Assembly (NCBI GenBank): GCA_964106915.2
Contig: OZ066916.1
Length of the DNA: 64,000 nucleotides
Direction: 5' to 3' (one strand)
Origin: Podarcis gaigeae
Lineage: Eukaryota
In this document: positions 1-12,408 of the stretch, one piece after another
How the letters are laid out: every line of letters starts with the position of its first letter
Numbering within the stretch: position 1 is the first letter of the stretch
The notes under the pieces: generated by a model
The model's database searches: none
The model's input: the letters and a program-made list of their open reading frames with translations, nothing else
Told to the model about the DNA's origin: nothing
Translations under genes and position numbers: made by a program

Positions 1-3000
1 TGCTGATTCCAAAAATCCTGGCTTGTTTGTTTATTTCTTCAGTGGAATTATGCACTGGAGCGTTTAAAATGCACATGAATGTCTCTTGGTCTTCTTTTTT
101 AGTCTTCTATCTGGTATACATATCCTTAAATATTTGTTTTCTGAAGATGCTATGAGCGAAAACTGTCTTCTGCTGCTTTATAGGGCTTTCCCTTGTAAAT
201 AAGAACATCCTGTTCTTTGAAGCCTGAAAGATCTCATTCTCAGCCAGCTCTATCTCCTCCACTGTTTTCTTCTTCTTTTGATTTGTCTGACACACCCTAA
301 GAGGAATTTTAAGGTAATAAAGTTATTTACTATTGGCAAGCTGTTTTTCTGCACTGTACATATTGCCTTCATAAATGAACTGAGGGTCCCCCCCCGACTC
401 GCCCACATGTGTGCTTGTGTTTTTTTTCTCCTTTCTTTAAAACACCCAAAACTTAGATCTTTGAAAATCTGCAGCCTATTAGGCCCTTTTATTGCATTTT
501 ATTGGATGTCAACTTAACAAAATACAGCAGAAGTAAAAAAAAACCCAAAAAAGGCGGGGGAGAGAATCTGGGGATTCTGTGTCTATTTTTCTGTGTGGTG
601 TCCTCATTTCTGTGTAAGTTTAAAAATGGCTTGGAAAATTATTGTAGGATCAAAGTTTGTGTGTTTCTGTACAGATACCACAGGAAAAAATACACATGCC
701 TCCCATTAGTTGTGAATGAGACATGCACATTTAAATTATTGCAAAATGCAATGCAACAAGACCCTGATCCTTTTTCATTCACCACCTCAGATTCTTTCCT
801 ATTTATTTTTGTACGGCAAAGGCTGGAGAGTCATTTGGTTGCTTCCATATTATTTTTACTTCAACCATTTAGTAGTTCAAAGTTGCTGTCAAAAGGTCCA
901 GTATTTTCCCCAAGTATTGCAGTTTAAAGTTCATATCCAGAAATGAGGCCAGCGTCACTTGAGACACATCTGTTTTTATTTTATTTTTTAAAATAGTTTT
1001 AAATTATTGATGTTGATTCTTCTTATTGGTTACTTAATTGGTTCAGCTTTTTGTGAACTGCTTTAAGGGTGTGTTTTTATTTATTTTTAAAAAATTGAGC
1101 AGTGGATAAATGCTATGAAATAAATAAAATAAAGAATTAGCTATGTTTTGTGGTTTGCTAACTGAAGGAGACAGCAAAAATTAGAAGCCTTTGAAGCTTT
1201 CGGTAACCTGCCGTTTAGGGCTAAATGGCTGATGGGCTTTGCTTAGTTTGATGGGTCCAAAGTTGTACTATAAGAAATGAAGGTATTCAAGTGTTTAAGG
1301 ATATAAGGAAGGATCTATATTTTGCAGTCTTTGTGTAAAGATTACTGATTTGAGGATATGCAGTGGCTTCCCTCTTAATGAAGTATATCAAAGTCCATAT
1401 TTAAACATACCTCTGCCCCAAAGTTCACCTTTGAATATTTTAGAAATAAAGTACAGGAAACTCATCTTAACAATTTGTATCACTATACGTTTTCAGGCTC
1501 TGAGAAATCTCATTTGTATATGGCTATAAGGAGAGCAGGATCATATTCAATCACATTACCTTGACCCTTCAGTTTAGGGCATTTCTTAGGATCAACCAAT
1601 CAACAGAACACATATATTCCAGATGTTACAAAGGACACAATGCAGCTGCCAAAACTGAGTACTTTCAAATCCCACTGATCTCCTTGAAAGAAGGCTTAGA
1701 AGTGTCCAGCTCCTGCATGGAAATAAAAGGGGCTTAATGTGCTTAACCTTGACTTGATTGCAAAAAAAATGGTGCAATCTATAAAGTCAATTTAAGGTTT
1801 TTTTTTGGGGGGGGATAGAAGCTCACCCACCTTTCTATGTTATAACAGGCTGGAGATGGACAAGTGACCCAAAGACAGAAGTGTGCAGAGCAAAATGTTC
1901 TAAGTGACTGAAAACATTTAAAAATGGAATGTTCTTCCATCTTCTTAAAAAAATTAAAGAAGTTAAATTTAATGCAATCAGCAATTTCAAGTTTTGTAAT
2001 AGTAAGGTAGCTTCTGTGAATAAAATATGACTTCCTGAGGGATAGTTGAAGGAAATTTTAGGGTTCTTTCATAAGCAAAATATCTGTGGAAAATCTGAGG
2101 GCTAAGAAAGGAATTTGATAAAGGTTGCAAAATTTATGAGGAGGATATCATACAAACAGCCTTACATGCAAGTGGATCAAATGAAATGTTGTAATTCCTA
2201 AGAACCTGAATGGCTACTTAAGCCCCGGTAAAGTACCTAATATACTTCAAATAGCTTAACCAGTACACAGGACAGCATCCCAAATGATGCTTGCTTTCTG
2301 TGTCAGTTGTCCTTTTGTATTTGAACAAATAATTAATCTGCCTTTTCCTCTATTTATTATGAGCATTCTACATCCTAAGTGTATGTTGGTATAAGGAGAT
2401 AGAAAAGAATGATCAGTGTAGAAAAAGAAATGAAATAGTAAAAGTCCACATATTTTTGACAGAAATACTGAGCCAGAAAATGCTTATTAATCAAAAACAA
2501 GGATTTCCAAAGGCGCAAATGCTGCTTTTGATTAAGCAAATCCTTCCTGGCACAGAGCTGGTGGAACCACAATGGTTCGTTGTAATTTGCCAGGAAGTTA
2601 GCCCCATTGTTTCCCAATGGAACTTTTCATTAGTCAACCACATCTCCCATGATTCTCTACCACCCATCGTGCAATAGACAAGGGATGAATTGTGTGTATT
2701 TTTTTTCTGGCAGGAGATAGTAACTTGATTTAAAATTAAAATTATGCTGTTTGTTTTTTGGGTAACAACGGCCCCACTACTAATGGTTGTAAGTGTGTGT
2801 TTTTTTTTTGGGGGGGGGAATGACGTAAAAATCACTTTCCACATATGAAACTTTCCCCTGAAAAGGGAATTCTGGTCCAGGAGAAACTTGAGTATTAAAC
2901 TCGAACATCTCTTAGGTGTGAACATGCGTTTTTCCCCTGGTGGTCTTGGTTTTCCTTAAAGTTTCCTTTTTTTATCATTGATGCTTACCTTCCACGATTT

Positions 3001-3049
3001 TTCATGGTAGCAGCTGTATCCAATGTACAGCAATATATATTGAATGCTA

Positions 3050-3220
3050 TAGTAACTTGGTTAGTGACTAGAGTTAAGTTTGGATGAGGGAAACCTAGGT
3101 TTAAATCATTTCTCAATTCCATGGCTTAATGGATAGCCTTGGACAAACCACTATCTCTCAAGCCTGTGACAGGCTAAAATATCACTTTAAGCTTTTTGAA
3201 GGAAGTGCAGGATACAATTT
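3050..3220 (+). mobile_element. Old tRNA/CORE-type SINE fragment (MIR/Squam3-like)
   Basis: Degenerate tRNA-like head (ggttagtgactagagt...aaacctaggtttaaatc) followed by CORE-like 'gccttggacaaaccactatctctc'. Confidence 0.5.
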
Positions 3221-5148
3221 GATATGCACACACAGAGAGAGAGTGAATAAAAAGAGGGAGCTGTGCTTTTGCTAACTCCTTCAGGACCAGCTGCTATTTG
3301 TTGTTGTTGTTGTTGCTGCTGTTGTCTTCATCATCTGGGATTAAAGTGCACTCTGAAGCATGCTTTCTCTGGTAGAAGTTCCACTGAACTCAATGGGAAT
3401 TTACTTAATTTTCCCCCATAACAATTTATACACGGGTTAGCTACAATTGTTTCTAAAAGGTGTACAAGAAATACATTACAGAAAAGGTAAAAATTGGTTA
3501 AAAGGATAAAATAAGACTTCAATTAAAATGCCTACTGGAACTTTTGTTTTGGTTATTATTTAAAAAAACTCATTAGTAGGTGCTGGAAGTTCAACAGGAG
3601 GGGACTTGTCTGACCTCAGCTGACCTTAGCTTCAAAGTAAACATGCATATGAATGTGCTGCATCAATGGTGCTCTCTTTCAGTAGGTGCCCTTTGTCTGA
3701 TAGGCCATCATATTTCCCACCCTCTCTCTTTGTAGAACCAATGGTCATTGCAAACTAGAGGGTACAAAGCTGAGATTTCAAAGCTGAGAAAGCAGCCCCA
3801 TTGCTATATTTCACCAAAAACACCTGGCTTCAATCTATTGATAGTCAATTCCCTTAACCGAGTATCAGTTTTTTTGTCAGGAAATCAACATTTGGCAAAG
3901 GCCAAGGATTTGCTACAAGGTGGCTGACCTTGGCTATTAACCAAAGGTCACTTAAGTGCAGAATAGAGAGCTGCTGCTGTCATGAGGTGTTTGTTTTTAA
4001 GATATGCTGTTGATGGACTGCTGTTTTAAAACTTCAAATCTTGTAAGCCAGTTGATGTGTCCATGGAAAGGAAAGCAGGGTGAAAATAACAAATGAAGTC
4101 AAGTCAAGAAATTGGGTATGGGCAAAGAACAACAGTTCAGAATTGGGAACAGAAAATAGTATTCCTAGAGCAACTCCCCCAAATATGAAAATTGTGCCAT
4201 TAGTCATTATGACTAGCTTCCTTATAGCGTGGCTTATAGCAAATGTTACTTGGTTGGTTATCTGATCTGTTTTACCCCTGGTTGCTTGCTGCATAAAGTC
4301 TGTCATTGGCAGGGACTCAAGAAATTATGTAACGATTCATGAAGTGTGTTCCGGATGTTTGCTTTTAAAGAAAACAATTATGTACATCACACATCATGTG
4401 CATCACTCGTATCTGATAATAATTCCTATGAAACCAGCCATTTTGTGGGTTATCTGTTCACTTTGACAGGGCTTACACAAACTATATACCCATGAAATAA
4501 CTGAGAAAAAAAGAAGTTGTCGAACTTCTCTGCAATGATTTTATGGAGTTACGGATAGAGTGAACTTTAGCTGGAAACTGCTGACAGCTACAGAAAATAT
4601 GCTTTTCCATTTTACTCAAAACTGTCTAGGTGGCCAGCACATTTTCCTTTGTACGTTTCACTGATGCATACCTGACTGTAGCCTCAGGCTCATTAAAATG
4701 TGTAAAAATCCTCAAAGTGAGATTAAAAAGAATGAGAAGGAATAGACTCAACAGGCACAGGGCTCCAGAACACCCATTATGTATTGTGAGGTGGAAGAAA
4801 GCAGGGTTAAAGTGGAAATGAAAACAGAAGGAAATTGTGCCTGTTTAATGAGAGAAAGCAGATTTGCTTAAAACAAACTGTTGGAGATCTTGACCAGATG
4901 ACTTGCTTTTTCACTCCAACATCAATTTCAAAACAGAAAACTATGCATTCTAGACTGGGCAGAATCCACAAGCTAGTCTGTTTCTTACAGGAGGTTTTTA
5001 GAATGTTATAGAGCTATGAAGTACAGGCTTATAATCCTTATAGATTTTCCTTGAGGAGCCACTGCTCATAATTAGTGATAAGTGAACCAACCTTGACTTA
5101 ATTCAGCTTAGAGTTAGGAGAAAGAGAAGGAAGAGGGGGAATGTTAAG

Positions 5149-5185
<37 letters not shown>

Positions 5186-5193
5186 TGTGTGTG
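5149..5193. repeat. Compound microsatellite (CT)n(GT)n
   Basis: Seen directly. Confidence 0.95.
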
Positions 5194-5324
5194 ACTGTAC
5201 AAGCCTCAGTTTGCAGGTAGATCAGCAATTTTGATGTGCTTTGAAATGCCTCCCCCCCCTCAAAAAAGATTGATAGATTTTTAAAATAAGTACATTATTG
5301 TTTATCCTTCATATGTATTAAGAG

Positions 5325-6076
5325 ACAATGGAAGAATGCGCCTTTGGGGGTAAAGTCAACCGTTGGAGTCAACCTTTTGCAGCTGTAGAGACTGATATGG
5401 GAGAGACATGTTTTATTGCAGGTGAGGCTGATGATGATGTCTGGTTTTGCTGCTACAGGTGCGCCATGGGATTTCTCTCTCTCTGTGCTCCTCCCAGCAG
5501 TCATTCCTCCTCTGGTCACTGTTGTGGATACACAACCTGAATGTCTGTCTCCAAGCACTGTGATTGTCTACAGAGGATTCCCATATGGCGGGGTTAACGA
5601 TGCCAGCTTTGGTGTCACGTTTGAAGACATCTTCATTATGCAAAGTTCATCTGCCCACAGGCCTAGTGTCTGAATCCAGGTCCCGATACAGCATGTCTCT
5701 GGGGATTCTGCCATCTTCAAGACCGCTACATGATCAAACCAGCATAGATGTCATTGAGACAGAAGTGTGAACATGCTAGGAATTTTGGCTAGGGAGATTT
5801 TTTGTTTGAAATTCTGTCCTGTCATGTGATGCCCAAAATCTTCCTGACAAAGCGCATATAGAAGGCTTTGAGATGTCGCTCCTGTGGCTGTAAGTTGTCC
5901 ATGTCTCCCATAAAGCAGCATGCACAACATGCAAGCCTGATAGACCTTCATCTTAGTATTGCTCATCAGCATCACATTCTCCTGTACCCTTTGGAGAGAC
6001 AAGCCATTGCCTTACCAATACATTTGTCCAGCTCAACATCAATGGAAAGGTTGCTGGTTATGGTGGAGCCCAGGTA
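5325..6076 (-). mobile_element. RTE-clade LINE, decayed 3' fragment
   Basis: Minus-strand frames give TKMKVYQACMLCMLLYG, AKIPSMFTLLSQ, DGRIPRDMLY, DVFKRDTK...WES...SAWRQ and a C-terminal CNKTCLSHISLYS, typical of the RTE ORF2 C-terminus; frameshifts and stops present. Confidence 0.8.
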
Positions 6077-8164
6077 GTACATTATACAACTAGGGAGAAG
6101 TTAGGAAAATTCCATTCCCCTTAAACTGCAAAATGGGTTTTGGAAACTAGAAAGGATTCCACAGTTCATTCCAACCATGTACAAAGAGGCACCGCTCCTG
6201 TGCTGTGCCAGCACTGCTCAGTTGTTGTGCCAGAGACCCTGGAGCATATGAGATGGACATAGCAAAGCCTGGTGGTGTTACGGAAATACGTCTGCCCCAA
6301 TCAGAACACAGGAATCTAGCCAGGACATTGCTTTGAGCAGAACTCTTCTCGATCCTTGTTTACAATGTTGACTTAAAAAAGGCAATAAGAGCAACGGTTT
6401 ATTTTAGCACTATAAAGTTGCCTTTGGATTGTTTCTTCCCCCAGTTGCACAGGAAGTGGTGTGTGTTTCTGTGCACACACACTTCTTAGAAGGAGTGCCA
6501 ACTAATCCATTTTGACTAGCCGTGATCAGCTCAGAAACTTACATGTTCCCTTGTGGGTTGTGAGTACCAATAATGTTGCTAGCATATCCAACTGTAATTA
6601 TTTCCATGTTAAGAAATAATAATCTGCATGGAAATTATTTCAAAAATAACCAAGGGCAACGAAACATGTCAGATGTTTATGATATAGTCATGGTATGGTA
6701 TGTTAAAAATATCTCCATCAGGACAGTATGCTAAAACAAATGCAAGTGAAGTTAACGTATAATGCAGAAGTATTTAGAACCATTACCTCATTGATGCATC
6801 CCACTGGCCATGGGTGAATATTCTAAAATTACTTTCAGTCAAAAAGAAGAAGTTCTAAAGTTACTTCTCCCTAGGGAAGTAATGGAAACACCATTATTTA
6901 ATATTTTTTAAAACATAGATGGCTAAAATGCTAGGAAATATAGTGTGAGATAAAATCGTGTGTTGGAAGAATATTCATTTTCCATAAACCATTATCTGGT
7001 TCTTAACCTTCAGCAGCCATGACGTTAGGTTCTATTTCAGGGAACACTAGTGGAATTAAGCAAGTCCACGCTAGTATAGTTCCTTAAGGCACACTTGGTA
7101 GTGCAGTAAAACTGGGAAATGAGGAATTCATGCTTTGCCAGTTCTGATACAAACTGATCTGATGCTCATCTTTGGACTAATAGTGTATGCAATTATCCTT
7201 TGAATTTTACACTTCTGGAAATTTTGCAGTGCAGTTCTTGGATAAAAAGATGTACCAAAAAGGCATCTAATAATGTGTATTATTTTAGGGTTAAATGTGT
7301 TATATTATTTTATTTGGTTTTTTTTACTTAGTAGTTGTCACTTCCTACAAAAAAATTAGGAACTGTGTAGCCTAGTGCAGTTCCTTTGTATACTGTCTGT
7401 AATCCACCCCTCTGATTTGTGTAAGACCGCCCTGTATATTTTTGCTTGTTGCTATTGTAAGCAAATTTCATAGTTGACCCCCATTGTGATGTAGGTCTCT
7501 CTCTTCTGCCTCAATCTGGAAAGGAGAAAGCTTTCAAGCAGCTCCATGCCATTGTGTTGTGCAAAGTGAAGTGAATTGTAATGTTTTTGATTTGGAATCA
7601 CACACACACACTTTTCTGTTATTTATTTAACAAGACAGATATACAAAACACCTCTAAGTGGTTTACAATGAACAGTCTAAAACTATCATTAATCATACAA
7701 ATAATTATAATAATTCAAATCAAGTTACATCAAGATTATGTGTTGAAACTACATGAATGCATAGGCTTGTTGGAACAAATAGTGGTTTGTTTGTTTTTTG
7801 CAGATGTCAGAAACAATACAGTAAAAGTATCTGCCTAATATCAATATGCAGGGAGTTCCAAAGTCCAGATGCTGCCACTCTAAAGGACCAATTTCTCGAA
7901 AGTGCAGACAAACATTATGTGGCATTTGTAAAAGTGCCAGTTGCCCAACCACATATCTAAGTGGTTGAGTCACCACACTAAAGTGTTGGGTAGTTGGAAG
8001 TATAGAGTAATCATGTTATTTATAGATCTTCATTCCAATCAGAAAATGGAAGCATCCATGTGTATTCATTATAGGGAGCAATCATAAGATGGCAAGTCTA
8101 ACAATGTATTAGTTTCCTGGTAGCAGTGCAATAACACGTAGGAGAAAGACACCAGCAGCTTATA

Positions 8165-8377
8165 CAGTGGTACCTTGGGTGAAGAACTTAATTCGTTCTG
8201 GAGGTCTGTTCTTAACCTGAAACCGTTCTTAACCTGAGGTACCACTTTATCTAATGGGGCCTCCCGCTGCCGCCACATGATTTCTGTTCTCATCGAAGCA
8301 AAGATCTTAACCCAAGGTACTATTTCTGGGTTAGCGGAGTCTGTAACCTGAAGCGTCTGTAACCTGAGGTACCACTG
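8165..8377. mobile_element. Tc1/mariner (Tigger/pogo-like) MITE, copy 1
   Basis: TIR CAGTGGTACCT...AGGTACCACTG, TA target duplication on both sides, internal AACCTGA subrepeats. Confidence 0.9.
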
Positions 8378-9944
8378 TATGTACTAATGTTAAGTACAGC
8401 TTATACGGTATGTACTAATGTTAAGAACCTGGAAAAAAAACTACCAGGGAGAAAAAGAGCTCTCTTTGAACCAAGGAAAGTTGAGCCTGTCACAAACTAA
8501 AGCAGGGGGAGCTCGCACATCACAAGAAAAAATATATAGTCAAATACTCAACAACCACAGTCTTTACATTGAGAAATTGAAGAGACACGGGTTAGCTTGC
8601 CAGGGGTAATATTTGAGCGATCAGAGGAGTAAAAAACATAGGCCCTTTCCAGTTTATGCTAGAAAGGTTCTCTCATCTAAATTACAGGTTTTAAAGCAAT
8701 ACTCTGAATCCTCCTGCTGTGGAATCACAGGGCACTGAAGCTATTTCACAAATATCCCACTGCAGTCTGACATGTTGCTCTACCTGTGTGAAGTCCAACA
8801 TAATTTTTGTTTCAGGTGTGGCCTTCTGCCTACACACAAGCTACAGGGACTCTTGTGTTCATGTTCCCAAATGTTAGCCAGCTTCTCCTTTTTCACTCGT
8901 TTGGACATTGCCGCCACCCTCCCACCTTTTGGAGTCAACAAACTTTGGGGATATGCTTTGATTCCTTCAAAATCTTGCCAAGGTTGTACTGTTTTTTTTT
9001 ACTGCACAATATTTCAAAATCTCTCGCTGTTCCTTGTTCAAACACCTAAACACATCTGCGAAAGTTATCTCTCATGTTCTATCCCAGGCTATCATGATAT
9101 CACTGCTGAGTGAATACCCATTATTCACCTTGTTAAAACTAGCTCTTTATCCCTGTCTTCAATATTTTGGATCTCACCTCCCCCCAACCCCACATCAAAC
9201 TGGACATGTGTGGTTTGGAAACTGAAAAAGCAATGTGGTGAAGAAAGCAGCGTATCTGTGAGGCCCAAGGAAGACAGATTGTTAGAACAATTTCCTCCTT
9301 CTTTTTAATAGAATATTTAATAGCAAAATGTGCAGGGGCTGTACAATTTAAAGCAAAGAAGGCCCTCAACAGCATGGTAGAAGGTCTGGCAGAATAAGTA
9401 GCTGCCTAGAAGGACTCAATTCACTGCCCCTGCTGTTTGTTCGTTGCTGTACAGGAAAGTACAGTGAGGTACAGCTATGTTAATTTAACATCCTTAGTGT
9501 AAAAGAAACTCAGAGCCCTCACTGAGTCCTAATTGAATGCAATCTTACTTGCTGAAAAACTCTAGTTTTGCAATTACCATAAGCTTCATTGAGGTCCTTT
9601 TTGCTGAAACATATTGCATATGCTTGTACTTCTGATCTCTTATTAGGTGTTGTACAAGGCAAAAATAATAATGAGACTATGCAAGTCATACTGAAACCCC
9701 GAGGCAACTCATGAATATAGATATGTACTGAATTTCTATAGATCTTCAGGAACGTAGTGGGTATTGAGGGAAAAGCAGGCACTGGAAAAGGTCAAATGGT
9801 GTAGCATGAGCAGAAACAGTGGTGACAAAGGCCTGTTTCATGTGCTTATGTGGTTTCATGTGCTACATGTGGTTGCATGTAGATTTGTCACTGGGCTCAT
9901 GAACCAATTTGAATGGTGTGAAACCTTCAGTTGTGCAGGCCAGT

Positions 9945-10363
9945 GCTCCTATATATGAAGGACCACATCTCTCCATGTGGACCTACCTGGACCATGAGAG
10001 CATTCTCTAACGCCCCTCCGTGAGAGGCCCACAGGGTGGTAACACAATGACAGGCCTTTTCTGCAGTGGCTCCCCATTGGTGGAATGCTCTCCTCAAGGA
10101 GGTTCATGTTTCATTATTACCTTCAGGGACCTTCATTATTACCTTCAGGCACCAGGTAAAAACATTCCTCTTCAACCAGGCCTTTGACTGATTAATATCT
10201 TTTAAATGTGTTTATGGGAGGGGTGAGGGAGAGGGAGGTTTATTATTTTGTGGTTTTTGTTCTTGTTTTTATCACGTATTTTGTGTTTTTATATTGTATT
10301 TTAACGTTGAGAACTCTCCTGAGATCTACAGATGAAGGGTGGCATACAAATTAAATAAATAAA
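9945..10363 (+). mobile_element. L2-clade LINE 3' end, old
   Basis: caggccttttctgcagtggctccccattggtggaatgctctc (RAFS.A.P..WNAL motif), T-rich 3' UTR, ends gggtggcatacaaattaaataaataaa. Confidence 0.75.
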
Positions 10364-10855
10364 GTATAAGAGGTGGTTGAGTAGCTAAGCAACACTCCAT
10401 CACTACAGCATTTTATATGAATTTGAAGATTATGTACCGATCCTCACCAAATTTGCAGCGTTGCAAGTTTGCAAATGTCAGAAATGCGGTTAAAACCACT
10501 TGTCCCTTGTTACATAATTTTACTACAGTTCTAGAATTCTGGAAAAAAAAACCTGTAAAATAAAAAGCTGTGTCAAAAATGTGGATTCAATTGACATGTG
10601 GAACATTTGTCTGGAGATGTGACTGGCAACTACCACGATAAAGACTTTGAGTTAACGAAAGCCTGATTTTATGAAAAGAGAATATGGAACTTTTGTCCCT
10701 TATTGTGAAATGTTTGGTAGTTAATTTGTTTTGATTTGCTACCTTTCCCATTCCCGAAGATCCTAGGTGATCAACTAAATCAGGATAAATAGGATCACTT
10801 TAACAGCTATGGTTAAATACCTTTCAACAGAGCAATCCTATGTCAATGTAAGGGA

Positions 10856-10993
10856 TAGTTACAGGTTGGTAGCCGTGTTGGGCTGCCGTAGTCGAAACAA
10901 AATAGAAAAATTCCTTCCAGTAGCCCCCTTAAGAGACCAACTAAGTTTGTTATTGGTATGAGCTTCCGTGTGCATGCACACTTCTTCAGATAC
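10856..10993. mobile_element. Penelope-like element terminal fragment
   Basis: gtagccgtgttg...ccttaagagaccaac...atgagcttccgtg...cacttcttcagatac resembles the reptile Penelope terminal repeat; a second copy in opposite orientation lies at about 54270-54342. Confidence 0.65.
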
Positions 10994-11518
10994 TCAGTAT
11001 ACCCTGCTCTTTGGAATATGGCTTCTGTCCGATCAGTAAGTGTCCTGGTGTGAACCTTGTGTCTCTGGGAACCTAAGACAGAACAAGAAAATAGTTTTCC
11101 ATAGCTGAAGCAATATATTGTCTAAGGTTTGGAGGGATATAGGTATTGGCACATTCCTGAAGGAACCTGAGTAGCCCACAAGTTAACTTACCAGCACATC
11201 CTTATTTTGGATGACAGTATCAATGCCCAGTCAGCTGTTACCAGCACTTGCACAGTGCAGAATGAACACGTTGATGTTACACACTGAAAATGGCATTTGA
11301 AACATGTTCTAGGCATGCATGCCAAAGGTATAAATCCCTTTACCTGAACAAACGGGTGGCTGTTTGATTTGTGCTGATACTATATGGCTGTTATTAGATA
11401 TCAAAGGCTGACAAATGCTTTTAAAGTACACTGGATGTGTTTTTGCACTTGGATTACTTCAAGACTGAACCTTTAAAGCTTGATTAAAATCTTCCCCACA
11501 CATCTTTATCCCCAATTG

Positions 11519-11653
11519 CAGGTGTGGGGAACTTGTAACCTTCTAGATATTGTGAACTACAACTCCTATCAGCCCCAGCAAGCATGGTCAATGGTCAGAG
11601 ATGTGGCAGTTGTAGTTCAGCAACATCGGGCAGGCCAAAGTTTCCCCCCAACT
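11519..11653. mobile_element. hAT-Charlie (URR1-like) palindromic MITE, old copy
   Basis: aactacaactcc...gttgtagttc inverted core, caggtgtggggaac terminus; homologous to 19056-19191. Confidence 0.75.
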
Positions 11654-12354
11654 ACTAAAATGTGAAATGATGTCGCCTCAAAACATACCTCTTTTTGCTT
11701 AGCTAAAGCAGTGTGTATTAGGCCTTATGTCTTCAGAAGGATTGCTGGCACGTAACATGGGCCAGGTCTCTTTTTATTAGTTGTCACCATTCATATCCAT
11801 CAATGGATGTATCATATTGCATCCAGACCATCTTCTAAGAAGCTCTGATGTTCCCAGGTGATCATCTAAATTAGTCCCGGACTCGCTGAGCTATCTGATA
11901 ACATAACTTCATCTGATACTACAACACAGATTTTTCCAGACACGGTTATAATACAGTTCAAATGAATCGCAAAACATTTTGACTGCCACTCAGCCGCGGG
12001 TGAGAAAGCCCAGCAGTGCTAATAGGAGCTATTTAAGGTTTTTCCAGCACTTAGCTGGGTAAGCAAAATCACAACTATCAACAGAACTTCAGAATATAAT
12101 ATGTGATAGACATATTCTTTTTTGAAACACAAAGATCCCAGAAAATCAAAGTTGATTGTTTACTGAAATCTTGCATGACCTCAACTTGGAAGAATGGATT
12201 GCTTCACTTTCTAGGTAACTCTGTGATACGCAACTTCACTAAATACAATGGCTTTAAAGCAACCGTTAATCTTTTGTGGAAAAAGTACACTATGAGCTGT
12301 GGAATGCATTGAATCTGTTCTCTTTGAAACCTCATCTTTGTTCCTAGCAATTAC

Positions 12355-12408
12355 CATCTGGTTCTGATTTTGGACCGGCTGATTCAGTGACGGAGGCTAT
12401 CCGAGCTT
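12355..12408 (-). other. Candidate 54-nt exon (EARIASVTESAGPKSEPD), unassigned
   Basis: Minus strand tgtacag|...GATG|gtaatt, 54 nt, only the phase-1/phase-1 frame is open, CpGs retained; polypyrimidine tract is weak. Confidence 0.2.

Noticed and set aside
1150-2200. Possible very old L1-type remnants (similar sequence at about 32070-32360)
   Set aside because: Too degenerate to support by eye; needs an HMM search
4034-4306. Hydrophobic ORFs on both strands resembling a membrane protein
   Set aside because: No recognisable family or convincing splice sites; AT-rich DNA readily gives hydrophobic ORFs
10110-10149. 18-bp direct repeat ttcattattaccttcagg (similar micro-duplications near 27555 and 49274)
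   Set aside because: Ordinary slippage-type micro-duplication with no sign of function
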